64,000 bases of DNA from an uncultured Myxococcales bacterium (GCA_903936705.1 CAIZWN010000068.1:105680-169679), one strand, 5' to 3'; positions 1-9,930 are shown, numbered from the stretch's first letter. The notes: generated by a model from the letters alone, not told the origin. A program made the numbers and translations.

Positions 1-297
1 CATCGGGGCGGCGGGGATGCCGTGAGCGGTGCACAAAAACCAGCAAAGGGCAGCCGGGGCAAGTCCGAACGACGTGTAGTCGGCGAACGAGTCCATTTCC
101 ATTCCGAATTGACTTTGCACGCCCAATTTTCGCGCCAGCGTCCCGTCGACCTTGTCCAGAATTCCGCAGTAGACGATGGCCCACGCTGCGCCCTGGAAGT
201 GGCCCATCGCCGACATGGCAATAGACACCAGGCCGACGACGAGGTTACCCGTCGTGACCAGATTGGGGGCTGCAGCGGTGAGTCCGGACCGTTTCAT
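1..297 (-). CDS. pssA: CDP-alcohol phosphatidyltransferase (PssA-like), partial, runs off the left edge
   Basis: Not in the ORF track. Manual translation from ATG at 297: MKRSGLTAAAPNLVTTGNL...ILDKVDGTLARKLGVQSQFGMEMDSFADYTSFGLAPA. It carries the CDP-alcohol motif D-x2-DG-x2-AR-x8-G-x3-D-x3-D. Confidence 0.85.
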   Translation of the reverse strand, partial: MKRSGLTAAAPNLVTTGNLVVGLVSIAMSAMGHFQGAAWAIVYCGILDKVDGTLARKLGVQSQFGMEMDSFADYTSFGLAPAALCWFLCTAHGIPAAPM

Positions 298-374
298 CCG
301 GCCGATCGTAGGCGTCCATTGACTGGACGTCAACTTGCGTTGCTGCCTCGCTGGAAATGGTGCCGAACGGCGCC

Positions 375-812
375 TCACCCAGGCGGCACGGGCTTATCAC
401 GGAACGTCATGCGCAGTATGTTCCGGTCGTCCTCGCGACGGTAGGTGACGCTGTCCGACAGGGTGCGAACCAGATGTATCCCAAGGCCGCCAATCCCCCG
501 GTCCAGCAGGTCCAGCGAGGTGTCCGGCGGAGTTCTGGTCAGCGGATCGAAGGGGCGACCGCCGTCCGAAACTTCCAGCACGAAGGCGTCGTCGTCAACC
601 GAGCAACCGACAGAGACTTCCCCCTCGCCGTCCAGGTAGGCGTAATGGCAGACGTTGACGAAGACCTCTTCGACAACCAGTCGCAGCACGGTCAGCCTGT
701 GGGGCACGATAGCTGTGGCGACGGCGCACTCCTCGACGAAATCGGCCACCTGGTCCAACCGATCGACCCGGGAAGCCACGGCAAGGGACCTGTAATGCGA
801 GGAGTCCTTCAT
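375..812 (-). CDS. Anti-sigma factor / RsbW-SpoIIAB-type Ser kinase (HATPase_c_2)
   Basis: EEVFVNVCHYAY N-box, DGGRPFDP, GGLGIHLV G-box. Confidence 0.92.
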   Translation of the reverse strand: MKDSSHYRSLAVASRVDRLDQVADFVEECAVATAIVPHRLTVLRLVVEEVFVNVCHYAYLDGEGEVSVGCSVDDDAFVLEVSDGGRPFDPLTRTPPDTSLDLLDRGIGGLGIHLVRTLSDSVTYRREDDRNILRMTFRDKPVPPG

Positions 813-1144
813 GCCAGTCCGTCCAGGGCTGCAGCCACTGACTCGTCGATCGTCAGGATCGAGCCGAACCCCGAGATGTCGAATACCTCGCGCACCGTAC
901 CTCGCACGTTGGCGAACCGCAGCTGTCCGCCCTTGCTTCTCAGCAGTTTCGCGATCACCAGGATGCCTCGCAATCCCGCGCTGCTGACGTACTCCAGGCC
1001 GTCCAGGTTGATGACATGGCGCAAATTGCCCTGCTGGATCGAGGCGTTCAGCGTTGTTTCGAATTCGGGCGCCGTCACGGCGTCAAGGCGGCCCGAGACT
1101 TCCACCACTACAGCACCCCGATCGTTCCTGGTCCGAATGGCCAT
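809..1144 (-). CDS. STAS anti-sigma factor antagonist (RsbV/SpoIIAA-like)
   Basis: GRLDAVTA, LEYVSSAGLR with the phospho-acceptor Ser; start MAIRT follows a GGGGAAG RBS. Confidence 0.92.
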   Translation of the reverse strand: MAIRTRNDRGAVVVEVSGRLDAVTAPEFETTLNASIQQGNLRHVINLDGLEYVSSAGLRGILVIAKLLRSKGGQLRFANVRGTVREVFDISGFGSILTIDESVAAALDGLA

Positions 1145-1162
1145 CACTTCCCCCCAATGCAA

Positions 1163-3055
1163 TCAGGCATCAATCTTGTCAGCAGCCTTCCGTTTCCCCC
1201 GGGCTGGCAGCCCGGTCAGCGTGATCGCCATCATGGCTACGTCATCCGAGACCGGCGCGCCCTGCGTGAACCCGTCGATCGCCTGTCGCATGCCCTTGAT
1301 CACCGCCCGAACCGGCTGTCCCATCAAGCCGTTCAGCGTCTGCGTCGCCAGGTCCTCGCCAAAGGCCTCCAGCCGGATGTTCATCGCCTCGGTCACCCCG
1401 TCCGTGTACAGGAACAGCAGGTCGCCGGGGCGCATGACCGTCCTTGAGGACCGGTACTCGTGGCCAGCCATGCCTCCCATGACCAGGCCGGGCTGGACAG
1501 CCAGCCGGCCGAATCCGGCCCCGCCGACCGATATGAATGGCGGATTATGGCCCGCGCTGACGTACTCCAGGTCCCCGGTGTCCAGATCCAGGATGCCCAT
1601 GAACACGGTCACGAACATGCTTTCGTCGTTGTCGGCGCACAGCATCGCGTTAGCTTGGTTGAACACCGTTTCAAGCGACTTGTGGTGCATGGCCTGGTTA
1701 CGCAGGATCGTCATCGTGATGACCATGAACAGCGCAGCAGGGACTCCCTTGCCGGACACGTCGCCGATGCAGAAGCACAGGCGGTGGTCGTCCAGCAGGA
1801 AGAAGTCGAAGAAGTCGCCGCCGACCTCCTTGGCCGGCTCCATCGTCGCATACAGATCCACGTGCTCGATGTCGAAGAACGGAGGGAAGACCCGTGGCAG
1901 CATACCGGCCTGGATCTTGTTGGCCACGCGCAGGTCGCTTTCGACACGCTCCTTCTCGGCAGTCACCTTCTGCAGGTTGCGTATGTGATCCTTCAGATCG
2001 GCGGTCATCCGGTTGAACGCCTCGGCCAGCGCCTGGATTTCGTCCCCGGTTCGCACGTCGATCACGCTGTCGAGGTTCCCGGCCCGGACGCTTGCCACCC
2101 CCTCCTGGAGGGCACGCACCGGTTCGGTGATTCGCCGGGACAGCACGGTCACCACCAACAGCATTGTCCCCAGCATGGCGGCCATCAGCAGGAGTATCTG
2201 GCGCATCAGCACTTCCGGGCGCTTCATTAGTTCGGACTGCTGCACGCTGATGCCGAAGGTCCATCCCGGAGTGTACGGAATGGGGTTGAAGATCGCCGAC
2301 TGGGTTGTGCCATCGGGTCGCTTGAAGATTCCCTGTCCCGGTTGCCCTGCGACGATCCTGCGGCCGATCTCGTCCAGCCCCTCGTATCCGGACGCAGCCG
2401 AACGCAGCAGGTTCAATTTCAGAGGCAGGTTCTGGTCGCGATGTGCCACTATCGTGCCGTTGCCATCGGCCACCCAACCAGTGCCTCCCTGGCCGATGGA
2501 TATCGATTCGGTTATCTGGGACAGCCGTTTCAGTAGTACGGTGGCAGCCGCAATTCCGACGCGTTCCCCCTTGTCGTTGCGGACGACGCTGGCCACTACG
2601 AATACGCGCTCGCCCGTTGACTTGGACAGCAGTGGGGGGCTGATTACATCGTCCTGCCCCTGTTCCATTATGGCCTTGAAGTAGTCCCTGTCGGACACGT
2701 CACCCTCAGCCCCCATGGTTGTGGTGAAGTGGCCACGGTTGTTGGTGTAGAAAAGGATTTCAAAGTCAGGGTTGATTGCGTGCGCCCGTTCGATCAGATT
2801 CTTGCCGATGACGTCGAAGTCGCCCGACCGCATCACGTCCCTGTCGGCGATCGTCTTGACCTCGCTGCTATAGCCATGGATCAGGCGCCCGATCTCGGCG
2901 GATCGTGCCTTCAGGATTTCGTGCGCGAGGTCCTTGGTCAGGCCGACCACTGTTTCCTGGACGCTGGAATACGTCACCAGGGCAAAGACGACCAGCATCG
3001 CGCCGAGTATCCCGCCGAACCACACCAGCATCTTTGCGCGAAGGCTCAACTGCAT
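1163..3055 (-). CDS. Membrane PP2C/SpoIIE phosphatase with dCache and HAMP domains (RsbU-like)
   Basis: Two TM helices flanking a Cache-like region (RDYF), HAMP (GDEIQALAEAFNRM), EVGGDFFD, IGDVSGKG, YTDGVTEA, SDDVAM. Confidence 0.93.
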   Translation of the reverse strand: MQLSLRAKMLVWFGGILGAMLVVFALVTYSSVQETVVGLTKDLAHEILKARSAEIGRLIHGYSSEVKTIADRDVMRSGDFDVIGKNLIERAHAINPDFEILFYTNNRGHFTTTMGAEGDVSDRDYFKAIMEQGQDDVISPPLLSKSTGERVFVVASVVRNDKGERVGIAAATVLLKRLSQITESISIGQGGTGWVADGNGTIVAHRDQNLPLKLNLLRSAASGYEGLDEIGRRIVAGQPGQGIFKRPDGTTQSAIFNPIPYTPGWTFGISVQQSELMKRPEVLMRQILLLMAAMLGTMLLVVTVLSRRITEPVRALQEGVASVRAGNLDSVIDVRTGDEIQALAEAFNRMTADLKDHIRNLQKVTAEKERVESDLRVANKIQAGMLPRVFPPFFDIEHVDLYATMEPAKEVGGDFFDFFLLDDHRLCFCIGDVSGKGVPAALFMVITMTILRNQAMHHKSLETVFNQANAMLCADNDESMFVTVFMGILDLDTGDLEYVSAGHNPPFISVGGAGFGRLAVQPGLVMGGMAGHEYRSSRTVMRPGDLLFLYTDGVTEAMNIRLEAFGEDLATQTLNGLMGQPVRAVIKGMRQAIDGFTQGAPVSDDVAMMAITLTGLPARGKRKAADKIDA

Positions 3056-3189
3056 TCTCGCGTTGCAGACATGTCAAACGACCCGCAACAGTCGGGTCCA
3101 GGTCCTTGGCAGTATCAGGCGATGGCAAAATGGGGTCAAGCCACGGATGTAGGTGATTTCGATTGTTCTCCCGGACCCGGATGACATGT

Positions 3190-3954
3190 TCAGGTTGCGG
3201 GTGGACTGGCGAAGATACGGTACACGTTACGCCCGTCGCTTTTCGCCTGGTACAGCGCCTTGTCGGCGCACGCGATCAACAGATCCGAGGATTCGCCGTG
3301 TTCGGGGAAGAAGGCAATGCCGATGCTGACGCCGATGGATATTTCGCCGGCGCGTAACCGGAAGGGCTGTCCGATGGCCTCCAGTATGCGCCTGGCAAGC
3401 TCCTTTGCCGCCACTGGTTTCTCGATGTCGGGCACGACGCACAGGAATTCGTCACCACCAAGGCGGGCCACAGTGTCGTCCAGGCGCACACAGTCGCGCA
3501 TGCGCTGGGCCACCTGGCACAGAAGATCGTCACCCGCAGCGTGCCCCAGGTTGTCGTTGACCCACTTGAACCTGTCCAGATCCAGATAGAATACCGCAGC
3601 CTGTTTCGACGACTTGCGGGCCAGCGCCAAGGCCTGGTGCAGTCGATCCCGCGCTATGATCCGGTTGGGAAGCCTGGTCAGCGGGTCGTAGTTCGCCAGC
3701 TCCAGTTCGCGCTTCACGTTTTCCATGTCGGCAATCACGCATTCCAGCAGGAATTCCCGGGCCTCCAGTTTCACGACCATCCGTGCGAAGGCTTCGGCCA
3801 GCGAGGTGAACAGTGGCGGGTACTCGCGCCCATTGGTCATTTCCAGCAGTGACGGCACGGACTTGATATCCCCGGTGGTGGCGATGCGCTCGACCACCAG
3901 CAGGAAGCGGCGCAGGAATTCCTGATCCTGGGTCGTTGATGGATCGGGCATCAA
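3190..3954 (-). CDS. Diguanylate cyclase (GGDEF) with a short helical N-terminal input
   Basis: DPLTRLPNR, DLDRFK, RLGGDEF, RxxD I-site (RLDD). Confidence 0.92.
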   Translation of the reverse strand: MMPDPSTTQDQEFLRRFLLVVERIATTGDIKSVPSLLEMTNGREYPPLFTSLAEAFARMVVKLEAREFLLECVIADMENVKRELELANYDPLTRLPNRIIARDRLHQALALARKSSKQAAVFYLDLDRFKWVNDNLGHAAGDDLLCQVAQRMRDCVRLDDTVARLGGDEFLCVVPDIEKPVAAKELARRILEAIGQPFRLRAGEISIGVSIGIAFFPEHGESSDLLIACADKALYQAKSDGRNVYRIFASPPAT

Positions 3955-3971
3955 GACTCCCGTGAGGATGG

Positions 3972-5066
3972 CTAGGCCAGGTTGGCCATCAGCTTTTCGA
4001 TGTCGAAGTATTCCCGGTACAGCGACTGGATGGCTTCTATCTTGTCTAGGTCAGTGGACTGCGTCTTGACTGTCATGGACACGACTTTCGAGGCCACGGT
4101 GTAGGTGTCATCCTGCGATATCATCGTCGGGATGCTGGCCTTCTTGATGATTTCGAGGATGGCCGGATCGGGGCGAATGCCGCTGGTCAACAGGATGCCC
4201 GCGATCTTCGCGTGCTGGTCCCTTCCCAGCAGGTGGTAGTTGACGGCCACCAGGAGATTATCCGCCCGGTCGCCAGGCACGATGACCAGCGTGCCACGTG
4301 AGATGGCGCCGATCAGGTTCTGGGGCGCCATGGCCGCGATGGCGACGTTCTCGACGTACTCGGTCATCTCGTCTTCGCCGCTGAGGATTTCGGCGCCGAC
4401 CTTGCGGCATACCTGGTAGACGTGGGGCTTGGAAAGTACCGGACGAAATGGCACAAAGCCCAGGGATTCGAAGCCCTTGCGGGCAAGTTCCTGGGACAAC
4501 AGTTCCTTGATCTTGTCGTACTTGTCCGGCAGTACCTTGTTCAGCACGACGCCCACGATTCGTGCGCCCTCTTGCCGGAAAAGGGCGGCATTCATGACCA
4601 GTTCGTCGATGGAACTGCCGATCCCGCCCTTGGCCACCAGTACGACTGGGACATCCAGCGTCCGGGCCACCATCGCGTTGGAAAGCCCCAGGATCGATCC
4701 GACCCCCGCGTGCCCCGTACCTTCGACTACGACAACGTCCTTGTCCTTGGAGACCTCCTCGAACCCATTGACGATGTCGTCCTTCAGGTGGGCGTACTTT
4801 GCCGGGTCCTGCAGAAACTTGGTGGTGAAACCAGCGGGCGAGCATACCGGGCTCATGGGCGGCAGCTCGCCTGGCAGGTCGTAGATCAGCTTCATCAGCA
4901 GAGCGTCTTTGTCGACCTTGATCCCGTCGATGTCGATCGTCGTCTGTCCCACGGGCTTCATGAATCCGACGCGCAGCCCGGCAGCCTGGAACAGGTGAAC
5001 CAGTCCGATCGATGTGGTGGTCTTGCCTACGTCCTGTCCCGTCGCCGCTACGAAAACCGCCTTCAT
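3972..5066 (-). CDS. Phosphotransacetylase N-terminal-like protein (BioD-like P-loop + DRTGG)
   Basis: TGQDVGKTT Walker A, FMKPVG, VVVEGTGH, PGDRAD and GILLTSG (DRTGG-type); no PTA catalytic domain. Confidence 0.88.
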   Translation of the reverse strand: MKAVFVAATGQDVGKTTTSIGLVHLFQAAGLRVGFMKPVGQTTIDIDGIKVDKDALLMKLIYDLPGELPPMSPVCSPAGFTTKFLQDPAKYAHLKDDIVNGFEEVSKDKDVVVVEGTGHAGVGSILGLSNAMVARTLDVPVVLVAKGGIGSSIDELVMNAALFRQEGARIVGVVLNKVLPDKYDKIKELLSQELARKGFESLGFVPFRPVLSKPHVYQVCRKVGAEILSGEDEMTEYVENVAIAAMAPQNLIGAISRGTLVIVPGDRADNLLVAVNYHLLGRDQHAKIAGILLTSGIRPDPAILEIIKKASIPTMISQDDTYTVASKVVSMTVKTQSTDLDKIEAIQSLYREYFDIEKLMANLA

Positions 5067-5398
5067 GCCAGTTCCTCCAGCGCGCTTTGCCCGGACTTGA
5101 AGATCCGGAAGAGGTTCATGAACCCGGTCGAAGCCAGCACGTCCTTGACCCCGATCTGCAGGGATGCCAGACAGATGGAACCCTCGCTGACCCTCATCTG
5201 CTTGGCCCCGATCAGAAGGACCCGCAGCCCGGCGCTGCTGATGTAATCGACTTCGGCGAGGTCTATGACGATGCTGCGTTCACCACGTTGGATGATCCCC
5301 AGCAGGGTGGCCTCCAGCTGGGGAGAAGTCAGGGCGTCGATCCTTCCTTCGACGCGCAGGACAGCCACCTTGCCGCTTTTCTCTTCGGTCAGATTCAT
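5063..5398 (-). CDS. STAS anti-sigma factor antagonist
   Basis: GRIDALTS, DYISSAGLR; GGAGG RBS. Confidence 0.92.
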   Translation of the reverse strand: MNLTEEKSGKVAVLRVEGRIDALTSPQLEATLLGIIQRGERSIVIDLAEVDYISSAGLRVLLIGAKQMRVSEGSICLASLQIGVKDVLASTGFMNLFRIFKSGQSALEELA

Positions 5399-5468
5399 GA
5401 CGCACCTCCCGCCGGTACTCTAGCATTTTCGCGGGGGGGAACGATAAAAAGGCGTGGTTGTGTTGGCT

Positions 5469-5484
5469 TGGCATTGCGGTAGCT
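5469..5484 (+). promoter_or_regulatory. Possible sigma-54 -24/-12 promoter
   Basis: TGGCAT-TGCGG-TAGCT has correct GG-N10-GC spacing, about 250 bp upstream of the 5734 gene; mismatched -12 element. Confidence 0.25.
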
Positions 5485-5733
5485 TCACGTCGACGCGTAT
5501 TTTGATGCTGCAGAAGCGATGTTCGTTCCGGTCTGCAGTTGTCGCAATCGCATCGGCTTTCAGTCAGTGAGAACATTCTATGTTGCCGAACTATCTATCA
5601 TATTTCCGGAACGTGGATAAGCGCTATCCGGATTAAGGTCATAATCTAAGTCGATTCTTCTTCTCGGACTTGGTGCCAGGAAGGGGATCGGGGGATCACT
5701 TGACCGTGGGCACGTCGCATTTGGAGGTGGAAG

Positions 5734-6540
5734 ATGGTGAATCGATCAATGTACTGGATGGGTGCGGCCGCGGTGATGTTGAGCCTTGTGGCGTGTGATA
5801 CGGCCGGAATTGTCGAAGGCGGAACGGCTGCGTCGGCGCTGAAATCGGGCGGATCCGGGGAATTCAAGTTCCGGGGGCCGGCGGGGTTGCGAAAGCACGA
5901 CGGCAAGGCCTTCCACGACGACGGATTCTCGAAAGACAAGCCCGATGATTCTCACCCTGGGGACGACGACCCATGCAAGGTTGTCGCAACCAAGAAGACC
6001 GGCGACCGCGGGAGCCACGGACATTCCGGGGACGAGGTTCGGGGCAGGGCCGATCACCCGGACGTCAAGTCAAAGGACAATGTCGGCAAGGACGTTGACA
6101 GCGACGGGGATGACGACGGGGATGACGACGGGGATGACGACGGGGATGACGACGGGGATGACGAGGGTTGCGGTAGCGACGGCGGGCACAAGGTCGATGT
6201 CTGCCACCGGCGCCCCGGCTGCGAGAAGGGTCCCATCATCCTCTCGGTTGACGAGCACGCGGTGCCGGCCCACCTGGCCCACGGCGATTCCCTGGTGGAA
6301 CCCGAGGTTTGCGATGGGAGGGACAACGATTGCGACGGGATGGTGGACGAGGACAACGTCTGCGAGCCGGTGCCGGGCGAGGACGTCACGCAGCCGCCTC
6401 CTGGCGTAGACGTGGTCGAACCGCCGCCGCCTCCCCCGGAGGACGTGATCCAGCCGCCGCCCCAGGACGTCACGCAGCCGCCGTTGCAGGACGTGCCGCT
6501 GACGTGCCCGCCCGATCAGCAGTGCCAGGTCCAGGTTTGA
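5734..6540 (+). CDS. Acidic, His/Cys-rich lipoprotein with a MopE-like putative metal-binding motif
   Basis: Lipobox LVA-C; (DGDD)5; KVDVCH...AVPAHLAHGD; EVCDGRDNDCDGMVDE; Pro-rich tail; GGAGG RBS. Confidence 0.75.
   Translation: MVNRSMYWMGAAAVMLSLVACDTAGIVEGGTAASALKSGGSGEFKFRGPAGLRKHDGKAFHDDGFSKDKPDDSHPGDDDPCKVVATKKTGDRGSHGHSGDEVRGRADHPDVKSKDNVGKDVDSDGDDDGDDDGDDDGDDDGDDEGCGSDGGHKVDVCHRRPGCEKGPIILSVDEHAVPAHLAHGDSLVEPEVCDGRDNDCDGMVDEDNVCEPVPGEDVTQPPPGVDVVEPPPPPPEDVIQPPPQDVTQPPLQDVPLTCPPDQQCQVQV
6103..6162 (+). repeat. Perfect 12-bp tandem repeat GACGGGGATGAC x5 (encodes DGDD)
   Basis: Five identical units read directly. Confidence 0.95.
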
Positions 6541-6608
6541 GGTCAACAGGTCGTCGGACCCAACGTACCGTGAAATCCGTTAGAATCGGCAATGCAGACG
6601 GAGCGGAC

Positions 6609-7193
6609 ATGCGCACCAGACTGTTCGTTTTGGTACTTTCGTTCGCGTTGGCCTTTCCCGCCGTGGGACAAGAAATTCGTCGCGCGGGTAAAATGCCGGT
6701 CGTGGCTGGGGTGAGGGCTCCGGCGTTCGGGCCGCTGCCGATCCTTAACCGAGACGGGTCCGGGAGGACGCACCTGACGTTCGACGGCCCAGCGGCCGAT
6801 GACGGACGCGTGGTCCTGATTTCCTTCTTCGCGTTGTGGTGTGCCGGCTGCGTGAACGAGATGCCGATGCTGGCCGAATTGCAGCGCTCGTATGGGGAAC
6901 GTGGGTTGCAGGTGATAACCGTTGACATCGATCCGGCAGGCGCGGATCTGTCGCGGCTGCGGTCCCTGCTGTCTGCCAGCCGGGTGACATACCCTGTCGT
7001 GGCCGATCCGGAACAGGGCGTTCTGCGCCAATACCAGGGGCAGATGACCTCGCTGCCTGCGGTGTACCTGGTCGGTCCCGACGGCCGGGTGGAACTGGTT
7101 CACGAGGGGTTCGACTCCGAGGTCGGCCCCAGGCTGAAGGCTCTGCTGGACCGCCTGTTGCCGCCACAGCACGCCGAACGCAATCTGGATTGA
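6609..7193 (+). CDS. TlpA-family thioredoxin-like disulfide reductase, exported
   Basis: Signal peptide, FFALWCAGCVNEMP, cis-Pro LP; start moved to ATG 6609. Confidence 0.88.
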   Translation: MRTRLFVLVLSFALAFPAVGQEIRRAGKMPVVAGVRAPAFGPLPILNRDGSGRTHLTFDGPAADDGRVVLISFFALWCAGCVNEMPMLAELQRSYGERGLQVITVDIDPAGADLSRLRSLLSASRVTYPVVADPEQGVLRQYQGQMTSLPAVYLVGPDGRVELVHEGFDSEVGPRLKALLDRLLPPQHAERNLD

Positions 7194-7215
7194 CCCCAGC
7201 CCGCCCGGTGCCTGG

Positions 7216-8793
7216 TCAGGGGACTTTGCCGCGCGGGACGTACTGAAGATCTACATGGACAACAGGGGTGCCGGAGGTGAGTTCAGGCGCAGCCTGCCAG
7301 CCGATCTTGACGTCGCATGCTTCCACCAATCGGGTAAGGGCCTGCAATGCGGCCACGGGGTCGTCAAGGCCAGGGAGTTGCAATCCGTCGATCACAACGT
7401 CATCAGTACCGATACGCTCAAAATACAGGCGGTAGCCATCGGCCGAAATCGATGGGTCGGTGATCTTCAGGACCAGTTTCTCGATTACCTCGTCATGATC
7501 CTTCCCCTTTGACGACTTGGTTTCCTGGAAGGACTTTTGAATGAAGGCCAAGCCGGTTGCGGTTTCGGTTCCAGGGCACAAGGGACCTTTGAATGTGCCG
7601 GATGACGTCGTAGATTCGGAATTTTCCTCAGCATCCGAGTTGCCAGTAGTGCCAGCCTCACCCATCTTGAAATAGCGCGTGGTCGTGCTGAACAATTTTG
7701 TCCCCCTGGTTGCCGCCGACAATTGCGCCATTCCCAGCATCAAGGCCATCATGCGGGCAGAGGCTTCCAGCGCCTTGGGGCGGTGTGCAAAGCGTTCCAG
7801 AATACCAGTTCCCAAGGCTGAAACCTTCACCGGTTTTGCTGCCATGATGATTCCGGCCATGGCAAACGTTAATTGCCCCAGCCGTTTGAAATCATTGGCC
7901 TTGAAACGCAGGTTCAGATCCGTGAATTGCCGCTCACTATTCGGCGGCTGCTGTTCGGAAAACTCCTTGGTCGAGGGTGACGGATTTGTGGCCGTCCAGG
8001 AAATCTTGAGTTCCACCATCTTCGCTATCTCGACCGCTGCGTGTCCCAGTGCAATTGTCGCTGCGATAGCCGGATTGTAGGACTCGCCGATACCAATACC
8101 GCATGAGGCGGCAGGATCCTTTGATTTCGGGCAGCCATTATTGAACCATTCGGGTGCCTCCATTGAGCTGTCTGCCTTCATCTCTTTGGTCACATTGGGC
8201 ATCATGGGTTTTGGCCTTGCAACGGCCCCCTTGGCGATCGTCACCGGTGCGCTCCAAACCGCGTCGCCTTTTACTACCGTGACCTCGTATCGGCCCACAG
8301 GCAGCACCCAGCCGTCGGCAGGCATGTCGGAAAGCGGTTGGAGGCCCAGGTAGACCGAACCACCTGATTTTTCCACGATCATTCGACCGGTCACCGACGT
8401 CTTGAACTCCAGTCGCTGGGAGATTGGCCGCTGTGAATCCACCTCAACCGTCCGTGTCACCGGTTCGAAACGTCCGTCGATGTCGACCACCTCCAGCACC
8501 CGCTTGCCCGCGTCCAGTTTGCCCGACCAAGGTGTCCGACCCACGACGCTGCCATCCACTTTCAAATCGGCAGCTATGTCATCCCCGTCCGGCCCGACGG
8601 CTTCCACTTTCGACGTATCCTGGTCCTGATCAGAAGGAAGTTCGGCCACGCCTGAAACGGCACGCGGCCGGCTGTTCCGGTTCGACTGGCTGGATGTTTC
8701 CGTCGCAGTTGCAGGCTGCTTTCCTGCAGCAACAACCTGCGAGGGCAGCAGGACGGCCAAAAAAATCAGCGATATCAGCAGACGTGCTCCCAT
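7216..8793 (-). CDS. Secreted PEGA-domain protein with an LPP20-like region
   Basis: Signal peptide; ADLKVDGSVVGRTP and LPVGRYEVTV (PEGA); APEWF...CGIGIGE...ALGHAAVEIAK (LPP20-like). Confidence 0.6.
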   Translation of the reverse strand: MGARLLISLIFLAVLLPSQVVAAGKQPATATETSSQSNRNSRPRAVSGVAELPSDQDQDTSKVEAVGPDGDDIAADLKVDGSVVGRTPWSGKLDAGKRVLEVVDIDGRFEPVTRTVEVDSQRPISQRLEFKTSVTGRMIVEKSGGSVYLGLQPLSDMPADGWVLPVGRYEVTVVKGDAVWSAPVTIAKGAVARPKPMMPNVTKEMKADSSMEAPEWFNNGCPKSKDPAASCGIGIGESYNPAIAATIALGHAAVEIAKMVELKISWTATNPSPSTKEFSEQQPPNSERQFTDLNLRFKANDFKRLGQLTFAMAGIIMAAKPVKVSALGTGILERFAHRPKALEASARMMALMLGMAQLSAATRGTKLFSTTTRYFKMGEAGTTGNSDAEENSESTTSSGTFKGPLCPGTETATGLAFIQKSFQETKSSKGKDHDEVIEKLVLKITDPSISADGYRLYFERIGTDDVVIDGLQLPGLDDPVAALQALTRLVEACDVKIGWQAAPELTSGTPVVHVDLQYVPRGKVP

Positions 8794-8991
8794 CTGAACC
8801 CCGGCGTTCGAGGAGCCGGGAGGATAGCACTTCCTGTGCCCGGTTGTGTTCGTGCCTATAACCTCTGGGTGGCCTGCCCGGGTGGCGAGGGCGGGAAAGA
8901 CTGGAAATTCAATCAGTACGGACTATTCAGAAGTGGTGTCGCGTTGCCGTGGCGGGAAATCCGGCCAATAATTGGACGGAGTTGATCCTGA

Positions 8992-9930
8992 TTGTCGACG
9001 GCCGTTCGTGGTGGAGTACGGCGAATGTCCCGCGGACGGCGTAACTCATCGTTGGGCCAGTTATCGGCGCCGGGGCAAGGGCCGGATCGTGGGCCGGACC
9101 CGCCGAATGACCAGCCGGAAAGGATTCTTCGGACCTTGTCGGAGGGAAACGGACTGGATAATTTCATGTACGACGAGGCGTTCCTGGGGCGGGCTATCCT
9201 GCGGCGGCGGCAGGCGATCAAGCTCCCGGACGCGCTTTCCTACAACGAGTTCCTGTTGGCAAGCCCATCGGAAGCCTTGGCGCTGCGTGAATCACTGCGG
9301 ATCCATCACAGTGAGTTTTTCCGCAACCCTTTGACTTTCGACCTGCTGGAACACCGAATCCTGAATGGCCTGGTCGAAAGGAAGGAATCCTCCGGAGCAC
9401 CCGAAATCCGGGTCTGGTCCGCGGGATGCGCAGCCGGCCAGGAGCCGTATTCCGTAAGCATTTTATTGCAGGAACTGTCGGAGGCGCGGCAACGGCCGGT
9501 CCCGTTCCGCATCTTTGCGACCGACAGGGCCGAAGACCAACTTGTCCTGGCGCGTCGTGGCGAATACGACGCGGCGGCGGTGGGCAACGTCAGGTGGCGC
9601 CAGGTGAATCGCTGGTTTACGGGCAGGGGCAGTGCCTTTGTCATCGCGGAAGGGATCCGCGATCAAGTGGACTTTTCCGTCTACGACCTACTGGACGAAC
9701 GCGGCTGCTGTCCGCCGGCCAGCATCTTCGGCGAGTTCGACCTGATTCTGTGCTGCAACCTGCTGTTCTACTATCGATCGGAAGGCCGGAGGATCATCCT
9801 GAACAAGCTGCGCAGCTGCCTTGCCCCTGGCGGGTATGTCGTGACCGGCGAGGCTGAGCGCGAAATCCTGCTGGATGCCGGTTTCCTTCCCGCCGACGCG
9901 ACCGCGCCAATCTTCCAGGGACGGGGGTGA
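8992..9930 (+). CDS. CheR-type protein-glutamate methyltransferase (start uncertain)
   Basis: SEFFRN, IRVWSAGCAAGQEPYS, IFATD, FDLILCCNLLFY, LAPGG. Confidence 0.88.
   Translation: MSTAVRGGVRRMSRGRRNSSLGQLSAPGQGPDRGPDPPNDQPERILRTLSEGNGLDNFMYDEAFLGRAILRRRQAIKLPDALSYNEFLLASPSEALALRESLRIHHSEFFRNPLTFDLLEHRILNGLVERKESSGAPEIRVWSAGCAAGQEPYSVSILLQELSEARQRPVPFRIFATDRAEDQLVLARRGEYDAAAVGNVRWRQVNRWFTGRGSAFVIAEGIRDQVDFSVYDLLDERGCCPPASIFGEFDLILCCNLLFYYRSEGRRIILNKLRSCLAPGGYVVTGEAEREILLDAGFLPADATAPIFQGRG

Noticed and set aside
357-1988. 543-aa plus-strand ORF
   Set aside because: Antisense shadow of the RsbW/STAS/PP2C genes, typical of high-GC DNA, with no recognisable motifs.
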